Shown piece by piece: positions 16,678-23,761 of a DNA stretch of 24,511 nucleotides (positions within the stretch are counted from its first letter, which is position 1; each line of letters starts with the position of its first letter). Where the stretch lies: positions 1 through 24,511 of the IMG/VR virus record IMGVR_UViG_3300048589_000499; one strand, 5' to 3'. A model generated the notes under the pieces. It had not been told where the DNA came from and searched no databases. It worked only from the letters and a program-made list of their open reading frames with translations. The DNA comes from a virus (lineage: Duplodnaviria > Caudoviricetes). The position numbers and the translations under genes are program-made.

Positions 16678-17093
16678 CGCTCGACGACGCCGCGCGCACC
16701 CTCATCGGCACGCCCTACCATACCAAGGGCCGGCTGCCCGGCGTCGGGCTCGACTGCATCGGCGTGCCGATCGTCGCCGCCTGGATCGCAGGCCTCAAGC
16801 CGCGCAGCTTCGATGTCCGCGGCTACAGCGATGTTCCCGACGGCTCGCTGCTGCCGCTGTGCGACAAGCACATGCAGCGCGTGCCACGCGCCGAGATGCG
16901 CGCGGGCGACGTGATCGTCGTGCGCTACGGCGCCACGCCTCACCACGTCGGCGTGCTCGGTGCGTACCGGCACGGCGGCCTGTCGATCATCCATGCGGAG
17001 AACGACCGTCACCGCAAAGTGATCGAACACCGCCTGTGGCTCGATGGCGCGATGAAGTTCGTCGCCGCCTACCGCATCGAGGCCGCAGCATGA
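16674..17093 (+). CDS. NlpC/P60-family tail-associated peptidase
   Basis: GTPYHTKGRLPGVGLDCIG (catalytic Cys), HHVG and IIHA. Confidence 0.92.
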   Translation: MTLDDAARTLIGTPYHTKGRLPGVGLDCIGVPIVAAWIAGLKPRSFDVRGYSDVPDGSLLPLCDKHMQRVPRAEMRAGDVIVVRYGATPHHVGVLGAYRHGGLSIIHAENDRHRKVIEHRLWLDGAMKFVAAYRIEAAA

Positions 17094-20000
17094 CCGCGCG
17101 CGCAGGCCTCATCGTCGTCGGCCAGGTCGCTGGCGCATTCGTCGGCGGCCCGATCGGAGCGGCCATCGGCGGCGCGATCGGCGGCGCGATCGGCGGCGCG
17201 ATCGGCGGCCCGCAGCGCAACACGCAGGCGCTGCTCGACGACCTGGGCGCCGTCAAGTTCGACTACGGCAGCAGCTGGCCGCGCATCTACGGCGTCTACC
17301 GCGTCAAGCTCACGCCGATCTGGTCGAGCGAAAAGCGCCCCGTCGCGCACGAGGAAGAAGTCAATTCCAAGGGCGGCCCGGATCAGGTGAACAGGACATT
17401 CACGTATGAGCAGGACTGGCTCTGCTGGGCGCCGCTCAACGCCGTCGGCTGGGCGCGCATCTGGATCAACGGCAAGTTGCGCGCGAGCCGCCTGGCCGAT
17501 GCCGACGCGGACACCATCGAGGCCAGCGCCGCGCAGCCCGCCTGGGCCGACGTGACCTTCTTCGACGGCGCCGCTGACCAACTGCCATGGGCTGTGTACG
17601 AAGCCGCAGTCGGCACCGAAAACGCCTGCGCCTACCGATTCCGCCCGACGCTCGCCTTCAGTTCGCTCGACCTCGGCAACAGCGGCCAGCCGCCGCTGAT
17701 CGAGGTGGAGTTTGCGAGCGGCGATTCGAGCATCGAAAGCCTCGACACGATCCAGTTCGCCGACGCGGTTGCGATGACGGGCTCTCTGCAGAGCAACCTG
17801 CGCCCGTGGGGCGCTATCGCCTTCGGCAACCCGACGCGCGTGCCGACGTTCGCGGTCAGCGCCGATCTGATCCCCGTCACTGCCCCGGGCTGCTGCCCAC
17901 TCGACGGGGAAGGCTTCCCGCGCTGGAGCCCGCCGGATGTGGCGGCCATCATCTGCTGGGATGTTGACCACAACGGCGTCGAAACGCAGGTTTCGCAAAA
18001 CGTGCTGCCCGGCGGCTTCGGCCGCACCCCGGGCATCGGCAGCGGCAACCGCGCGATCTGCGTCGTCGCGACATCGGGCATCTTGCCGATCAAGGTCGCC
18101 ATTGCGGGCGATGGCGCGTCGGCGGTCTACGAGCTGCCGGACGAAGACAACTGGCTCGGCGTTGCCGAACTTCGCTTCGCGGTCTGGGGCGCGACGCTCG
18201 CGCTCGGCACCACGCTCGGGGTCGATGCAAAGCCGGAGGATGTCACCGGCACCTACGTCGGCAACCGCGGCAACATCTACCTCTGCACCGACGCAGGGGC
18301 GCACGTTGCAACGATCCCCGCTGCGATCCCTGTCGAATCGCTCGCGATGAACGGCGAGACCGTGTGGGCGCTGCATGACGGTGATGTCTACCCATTCACG
18401 CGCACCACGCTCGCCGCCGGCACCCCGTTCGCGTGCGAGGGCTCGGCAATTTTTGTCGACGCGTCCGGCACGCTTTGCCATGTCCACGGCAGCGCGGTCT
18501 ATCGGCGCGCCGATGACGCGTGGCTGCTGCTCGGCACGATGACCGGGCCGGTCGATACGACGCATTTCTTCGGCGCGACCGCTACGCAGATCTATGCAGC
18601 CTGCGGCACGGAAAAAGAAGTTTCCAACGTCGGTCTGTTCGTCCAGCGCTCGTATGACGGCCATGGATTCGACACTCTTGATGGCGCGGTGCAGCACTAT
18701 GCTGAATACTATTTCAACAGCTTCTACACCTTAGCCTACACGCACCGTGCAGTCAGAAATCAGTGCATCTGCGTCTACCAGATCGAGACAGGCCCCTACA
18801 AGGTTGCAACGTGGGAGGCGGTTTTCTCGTGCGAACGTCTCTACGGCTACCCGGGGGACACCTCAGGCATCTTCGACGACCCGCTCGACGAATGGGTATG
18901 GGAGCCGGCGTCGACTACAGGCATCTTCGATCTGAATGATGGCGCGGACTTTGACCTCAAGTTCCACGACCTCTTCCGCCAGCCGTTCCAGTCGGTCATC
19001 GATCCCGAGACGATCCCGCTCTCCGAGATCGTGCAAGCCGAGGAACTGCTCGAATGGACGGGCGAAGCCGGCGCGCTGACGGTGGCCGACATCGACGTGA
19101 CCGAGCTTGAAGAGACGCCAGTACGCGGCTTCCTCACGACGAGCAGCCCGCGCGAATCCGTCGCGCAGTTGATGGACATCTTCTACTTCGGAGCGGTCTG
19201 TTCCGACAAGCTCTACCACCGCCTGCGCGGCGCAGCCTCGATCGATACCGTCACGGCCGACGACGCAGGCGCGGGCGTCGGCGGCGCGGGCGAAGTGTTC
19301 GCCGGCCTCGCTCGCGGCAACGACCTCGAGCAGGCGATCCAGGTCGCCGTCACCGGCCCGAACGTGCTCACCGACTACGAGCCCGGCACCGAGACCAGTG
19401 ACCGCCTCGTCGGCGAGTCCGTCGAGCTGCGCCGCTACAGCACCGCCGTCGTCCTCACCCCGCCCGAGCGCAAGGGCCGCGCCGACACGATGGTGCTCGA
19501 CGGCCGCGTCGCATCGCACACCGGGCAAGTCTCGCTCGACGACCGCCACGCCGAGAAAGAGCCGTTCGACGTGTGGACGCAGCTCGACGATGAAGGCAAC
19601 GCCTACCGCGTGCGCGCCGACCGCGAGACCTACGCCGACGGCGTGCGCACGTTCGATGTCGTGCTCGATGACGCCACCGTGCTCTCGTCGGTCGGCATCA
19701 CCACCGAGACCGACAGCCGCGCGTTGACGGTGCGATCCGCCGACGGCACCGACCTGCTGCTGCTCGACATCCCCGCGCTGCGCGACACCGACGCCACCGG
19801 GCCCGGCTTCTACGCCGCAGGTCGCGGCGCCGGCCCGCGCTGGTCGGGCTACAGCCTGTTGGAAAGCGCCGACGGCGTGAGCTTCGGCAAGGTGCTCGAC
19901 GCCAGCGTCGCCGCCGTCTCCGGCACCTGCTCCACGGTGCTCGGGGACTATGCCGGCGGCAACGTCGTTGACAACGCCAACAGCGTCACCGTCAACAGCA

Positions 20001-20641
20001 GCGCAGCGCTCGCGAGCTACACCGACGACCAGATCATCGCCGGCACCGCGCAGGCGTACCTGATCGGCGCCGAGATCATCGTCGCGCGCGAGGCAACACT
20101 CGTCAGTGCGGGCGTCTACACATTGAGCGGCCTGCAGCGCGGCCTGCGCGGCACCGAATGGGCGATCGGCGCCCACGTAGCCGACGAGCGCTTCGCGCAA
20201 CTCGACACCGGCGCCCGCCGCGTCACCGACGAGACGCCAGACCTCGCCGTCACGCGCTTTTGGAAGGGCGTCACGTACGGCCAGCGCGCGAGCGATGTGG
20301 CAGCGGTCACATTCGCCGACACCGGCGTCAGCCTGAAGCCGTTCGCCCCGGTGGATCTGGAAATGACGCTCGACGCCGGAGACGACGTGCTGACCTGGCA
20401 CCGCCGCAGCCGCATGGCCGGGCGCCTGCTCAACACGACGCAGCCGCAACTCGGCGAAGCGAGCGAGGAATACAGCGTCGAGCTGCGCGACGGCAGCGAC
20501 GCACTCGTCAGCACCGACACCGTGACCGAGCCGCGCTGGGTCAGCCCCGGCGGCAGCCTCGCCGGCTACAGCCTGACCGTCTACCAACTCTCGTCCATCG
20601 TCGGCCGCGGCTACCCCGCGACCCTGGAGATTCCCGCATGA
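17090..20641 (+). CDS. Large baseplate/host-specificity protein (GTA megatron / lambda J-like), 1183 aa
   Basis: ATG 17090 overlaps the upstream TGA. Gly-zipper N-terminus, YGSSWPRIYG, LLLLDIPALRD, LSGLQRGLRGTE, LKPFAPV, WHRRSR, LGEASEEYSVE and VYQLSSIVGRGYP. Confidence 0.9.
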   Translation: MTARAGLIVVGQVAGAFVGGPIGAAIGGAIGGAIGGAIGGPQRNTQALLDDLGAVKFDYGSSWPRIYGVYRVKLTPIWSSEKRPVAHEEEVNSKGGPDQVNRTFTYEQDWLCWAPLNAVGWARIWINGKLRASRLADADADTIEASAAQPAWADVTFFDGAADQLPWAVYEAAVGTENACAYRFRPTLAFSSLDLGNSGQPPLIEVEFASGDSSIESLDTIQFADAVAMTGSLQSNLRPWGAIAFGNPTRVPTFAVSADLIPVTAPGCCPLDGEGFPRWSPPDVAAIICWDVDHNGVETQVSQNVLPGGFGRTPGIGSGNRAICVVATSGILPIKVAIAGDGASAVYELPDEDNWLGVAELRFAVWGATLALGTTLGVDAKPEDVTGTYVGNRGNIYLCTDAGAHVATIPAAIPVESLAMNGETVWALHDGDVYPFTRTTLAAGTPFACEGSAIFVDASGTLCHVHGSAVYRRADDAWLLLGTMTGPVDTTHFFGATATQIYAACGTEKEVSNVGLFVQRSYDGHGFDTLDGAVQHYAEYYFNSFYTLAYTHRAVRNQCICVYQIETGPYKVATWEAVFSCERLYGYPGDTSGIFDDPLDEWVWEPASTTGIFDLNDGADFDLKFHDLFRQPFQSVIDPETIPLSEIVQAEELLEWTGEAGALTVADIDVTELEETPVRGFLTTSSPRESVAQLMDIFYFGAVCSDKLYHRLRGAASIDTVTADDAGAGVGGAGEVFAGLARGNDLEQAIQVAVTGPNVLTDYEPGTETSDRLVGESVELRRYSTAVVLTPPERKGRADTMVLDGRVASHTGQVSLDDRHAEKEPFDVWTQLDDEGNAYRVRADRETYADGVRTFDVVLDDATVLSSVGITTETDSRALTVRSADGTDLLLLDIPALRDTDATGPGFYAAGRGAGPRWSGYSLLESADGVSFGKVLDASVAAVSGTCSTVLGDYAGGNVVDNANSVTVNSSAALASYTDDQIIAGTAQAYLIGAEIIVAREATLVSAGVYTLSGLQRGLRGTEWAIGAHVADERFAQLDTGARRVTDETPDLAVTRFWKGVTYGQRASDVAAVTFADTGVSLKPFAPVDLEMTLDAGDDVLTWHRRSRMAGRLLNTTQPQLGEASEEYSVELRDGSDALVSTDTVTEPRWVSPGGSLAGYSLTVYQLSSIVGRGYPATLEIPA
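17165..17209 (+). repeat. 12-bp tandem repeat ATCGGCGGCGCG x3.75 (IGGA repeats)
   Basis: Exact copies at 17165, 17177 and 17189, a partial copy at 17201, and a degenerate copy at 17153. Confidence 0.9.
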
Positions 20642-21678
20642 GCACCTTCCCGCAGATCACATCGCCGCCGCAGGCATCGGCCGAGGTGCTCGTAAACCGC
20701 ATGGGCGAGTCGCTCGAGCACCAGGCCGTCTACGGTCTCAAGCACAGCACGACGACCGGCCTGTCGTGGGCCTACTACGGCGGCCGATGGGGCGGCTTCG
20801 CGATCACCGACGGCGTGCTGATGCTGACCGATGCGTCGGCGAACTACATCGTCGTCGAGATCGCCAGCGGCGACATCAGCGTCGACACCGCCAGCACCGA
20901 CTGGGACGACGACACCAACTACGTGCGCGTCTACAAGGTGACGACCGTGGGTGGCGTGGTGACGGCGGTGGAAGACCACCGCGCTGGGCCGGGCGGGGTA
21001 CATGGCGGGGCGGGTGGCGGTGGTGGCGGCAGCGGCACCGTCACGAACACCGGCGGCGACCTGGACGCGAACGCGGTCGTGCTCGGCGCCGGCGGCGACG
21101 ATGCGACGGTGATGGCCTCGCTCGGCAGTTCGGGCCAGGTGCTGACGAGCGCTGGCGTCGGCGCGCCGCCGACGTGGGAGACGCCAAGCGGAGGCGGCAG
21201 CGGCACCAAGACCTACGCCGTCTTCACCCCGATGACGAGCCAGCCGCCGGCGTCGAACTACGCCACGCTCGACACGCGCAACAGCATCGCGGTGCTGGAT
21301 TTCGACGCGGTGACCGAAGAGGCTGTGCACTGGGTTGGCGTCATGCCCGAGGGCGCGTCGCTCGGCTCCGGCCTGAAGGTGCGCATTCACTGGATGGCGA
21401 CGAGCGCGACTGCCAATGATGTCGTGTGGGGCGCAAGTTTCGAGGCGATGACGACCGACCTCGATTCCGACTCGTTCGACACCGAGACCACCGCCACCGG
21501 CACCGCTAACGGCACGAGCGGCATCGAGACGGTGACGGAGATCACCTGCACGACGATCGACAGCATCGCCGCGGGCGGGCTGTACCGCCTGAAGATCGCG
21601 CGCAAGGCGGCGGCGGGCGGCGACAACATGAGCGGCGACGCCGAGCTGATCGCCGTCGAGGTGCGGAGCGCCGCCTGA
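20638..21678 (+). CDS. Tail fibre-like protein (baseplate anchor, Gly linkers, C-terminal beta domain)
   Basis: ATG 20638 overlaps the upstream TGA. STTTGLSWAYYGG anchor domain, poly-Gly linker and GQVLTSAGVGAPPTW fibre motif. Confidence 0.75.
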   Translation: MSTFPQITSPPQASAEVLVNRMGESLEHQAVYGLKHSTTTGLSWAYYGGRWGGFAITDGVLMLTDASANYIVVEIASGDISVDTASTDWDDDTNYVRVYKVTTVGGVVTAVEDHRAGPGGVHGGAGGGGGGSGTVTNTGGDLDANAVVLGAGGDDATVMASLGSSGQVLTSAGVGAPPTWETPSGGGSGTKTYAVFTPMTSQPPASNYATLDTRNSIAVLDFDAVTEEAVHWVGVMPEGASLGSGLKVRIHWMATSATANDVVWGASFEAMTTDLDSDSFDTETTATGTANGTSGIETVTEITCTTIDSIAAGGLYRLKIARKAAAGGDNMSGDAELIAVEVRSAA

Positions 21679-22343
21679 TGGCCTGGACGTTCAGCGGCTC
21701 GGGGCAGCACGCGCGGGCGAACACCGGCGCCATCGTGTCGGCGTACCCGATCACGATCTTCGCGCGCGGCAAGAGCACCGACCTCGCCAACCTTCAGACT
21801 CTCGCGACGTTTGTGCAGAACAGTGGCACTTACAACGGCTGTGCACTTTTTTTCGCCGGGGCGACGGGCGGCGACCCGATGAGTTTCAGCAAGTTCGGCG
21901 GCGTCCATGCCAGCAGCGTGGCGGGCTACTCGTCTGGCGTGTGGGTCGCCGCGGCAGGCCGCGCCAGCGGCGCAACGCAACTAGACATCGACCTCGACGG
22001 CACGGTGACGGCGGGCGCATCGACATCGGTGGCGTTTCCGACATCGCCGCCCCCGGCGGACGTTTTCATCGGCGCGCGATGGAATCCGACCCCCGGCAAC
22101 CTGTTGACCGGCGCGGCCGCCTGCGTCGCCCTGTGGGCCGCCTATCTGGACGACGACGAGTGCATGAGCCTGGCGCGCGGCTTCTCGCCCCGGCGCGTGC
22201 GGCCGCAGTCGCTCAAGTTCTACGCGCCCCTGGTGCGCGACTTGAAGGCCGTCGTCGACGCGATCGCGTCGGGCGGGCATTCGGCCTGGACGACCACCGG
22301 CTCGCCCACCGTCTCCGACCACCCCCGCAGCTACGGATTCTGA
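21678..22343 (+). CDS. LamG/concanavalin A-like beta-sandwich virion protein
   Basis: YPITIFA, GVWVAAAG, IDLDG, FIGAR and LTGAAACVALWAAYLDDDECMSLARG follow the LamG pattern. Confidence 0.7.
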   Translation: MAWTFSGSGQHARANTGAIVSAYPITIFARGKSTDLANLQTLATFVQNSGTYNGCALFFAGATGGDPMSFSKFGGVHASSVAGYSSGVWVAAAGRASGATQLDIDLDGTVTAGASTSVAFPTSPPPADVFIGARWNPTPGNLLTGAAACVALWAAYLDDDECMSLARGFSPRRVRPQSLKFYAPLVRDLKAVVDAIASGGHSAWTTTGSPTVSDHPRSYGF

Positions 22344-22345
22344 GC

Positions 22346-22654
22346 ATGCCGAACAGCGAAGCCACCATCCGCCGCCCGCAGGCCGACCGCCGCCATCACG
22401 AAGAGGTGACGACAGAGCAACTCGAGCGCGAGATCGAGGAACTGGCCGGCCACATCGACGAGCTTGAAAAGCAGATGCCGACCGCGGCCGAAATCGCGCA
22501 CTGGCGCGCGATGGCGGCGGCCGACAAGCACCGCGCATGGCTCATCACGTTGACGCTCAAGGTGGCCGGCACCGTGACGGCGCTGATCGTCATCTGGACG
22601 GCCGGCCTCGACGCGCTGCGCAACGTGGCGCGATTCGTCGGGATCATTCGATGA
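22346..22654 (+). CDS. Coiled-coil membrane protein with one C-terminal TM segment, holin-like candidate
   Basis: ATG 22346; EQLEREIEELAGHIDELEK coil, then WLITLTLKVAGTVTALIVIWTAGL. Confidence 0.6.
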   Translation: MPNSEATIRRPQADRRHHEEVTTEQLEREIEELAGHIDELEKQMPTAAEIAHWRAMAAADKHRAWLITLTLKVAGTVTALIVIWTAGLDALRNVARFVGIIR

Positions 22655-23130
22655 CCGGCCTGCTGCACGCCGCGCTGCGCACCGCGCGATGGACGTTCGC
22701 CGCGCTCGCGCTGCTGGGTGTGGTGCAGATCATCGTCTGGGCGCTCGACCGGCGCCCGCCCTTCGTGCTGCTCGACGTTGCGCCCGCGGTCGCGGTGCCG
22801 GGCGAATCCGTCGTGCTCACGATGGCCGTGCGCCGCGATGTTTCGCGCCACTGCGCAGCCACCTTCACGCGCTGGGTGTTCGACGGCAAGAACGTGCGCA
22901 TCGACCTAGAGGGCCAGCAGACCATGAGCGCCGCCGGTGTCGCCAACATCGAGGCGCGCGCGCCAGGCCGGCTCACCGTGCGGGTGCCGATCCCGATCAG
23001 CGCCTTCCCCGGCCTTGCCGAGCTCGTGACGGATATCGACTACGTCTGCAACCCGTTGCAGAAGTGGTGGCCGATCAACGTCATCTCGCGCGCGCCGTTC
23101 GAGATCGTCGACCGCGACAGGATCGGGTAA
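22651..23130 (+). CDS. N-anchored membrane protein with a two-Cys periplasmic beta domain (lysis-associated candidate)
   Basis: ATG 22651 overlaps the upstream TGA. TM FAALALLGVVQIIVWAL, then RRDVSRHC and YVCNPLQKWWPI. Confidence 0.65.
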   Translation: MTGLLHAALRTARWTFAALALLGVVQIIVWALDRRPPFVLLDVAPAVAVPGESVVLTMAVRRDVSRHCAATFTRWVFDGKNVRIDLEGQQTMSAAGVANIEARAPGRLTVRVPIPISAFPGLAELVTDIDYVCNPLQKWWPINVISRAPFEIVDRDRIG

Positions 23131-23133
23131 GCG

Positions 23134-23613
23134 ATGCCACCCGACGACGAAGCCATCATCGCCGGTTGCGCACGCCGTTTCTGGCGCGGCCTGAGCCCCG
23201 GCCTGACGCGCGATGACCTGATGCAGGAAGGCCGTATCGCTATCTGGCTCGCCGAACGCGCCGGGCGAGTGCCGACCGACCCCGAGCACCGATTGCGCTA
23301 CATCCGCGCGCGGGCGCTCGGCGCCATGCGCGACGCCAACCGCCGCGCATGGCGCCAGTTGCCGATGACGATCGACGAGCTCGACGAGGAAAAGCCACAA
23401 GCCGCCGGCGACGCGCAGCCCGACGCAACCCTCCAGCTGCGCCAGCTCATCGCGCACTTCGCCAGGCGCGGATCGGCGCGCGTGAAAGAGTGCGTCGACC
23501 TCTGCGCCAGCGGATGTACAGGCGACGAAATCGCAACCCGCATGGGCATCTCGCGCTCGCGCGTATCGCAACTACAGCATGAAGCACGAGCCACCGCCGC
23601 CGCGCACTGGTAA
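23134..23613 (+). CDS. Sigma70-family, FliA/sigma28-like mini sigma factor (regions 2 and 4 only)
   Basis: DDLMQEGRIAI (region 2.2), YIRARALGAMRDANRRAW (2.3-2.4; cf. FliA YAVQRIRGAMLDELRSRDW) and EIATRMGISRSRVSQL (4.2; cf. EIGAVLEVGESRVSQL). Confidence 0.82.
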   Translation: MPPDDEAIIAGCARRFWRGLSPGLTRDDLMQEGRIAIWLAERAGRVPTDPEHRLRYIRARALGAMRDANRRAWRQLPMTIDELDEEKPQAAGDAQPDATLQLRQLIAHFARRGSARVKECVDLCASGCTGDEIATRMGISRSRVSQLQHEARATAAAHW

Positions 23614-23620
23614 TCGCGCC

Positions 23621-23761
23621 GTGCAGATGACGCGCGAACAGCAGCGGCGCCAGGACATGCAGGTGCAATGGCTGCAGGAAGCCGTCGCCGCGCAGCATCG
23701 ATCCCCCGACGACGAAACCTACGACCGCGCCACCCTCCACATCGCAAGGGCCAAACGATGA
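23621..23761 (+). CDS. Small hypothetical protein (~45 aa)
   Basis: GTG 23621 or ATG 23627. Fills the gap between the sigma-like gene and the endolysin, and its TGA overlaps the endolysin ATG (ATGA). Confidence 0.5.
   Translation: MQMTREQQRRQDMQVQWLQEAVAAQHRSPDDETYDRATLHIARAKR

Noticed and set aside
2102-20587. Long minus-strand ORFs (e.g. 2102-4435, 4661-6643, 7224-9239, 13065-14912, 18863-20587)
   Set aside because: Antisense shadows of well-supported plus-strand genes in high-GC DNA; no recognisable motifs.
15206-20641. Gene transfer agent
   Set aside because: Only the baseplate is GTA-like; the cos site, gpA terminase, origin-like array and long TMP indicate a genuine phage.
17725-22343. 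Diversity-generating retroelement or invertible cassette acting on tail genes
   Set aside because: No reverse transcriptase, no adenine-mismatched repeat pair, and no invertase or inverted crossover sites seen in the window. A remote element cannot be excluded.
15520-22651. ORF-track N-terminal extensions (starts 15520, 16523, 20158, 21941, 22537; also 3799 and 6363)
   Set aside because: They overlap real upstream genes with Arg-rich nonsense; coupled starts at 15829, 17090, 20638, 22346, 22651 and 4051 are better supported.
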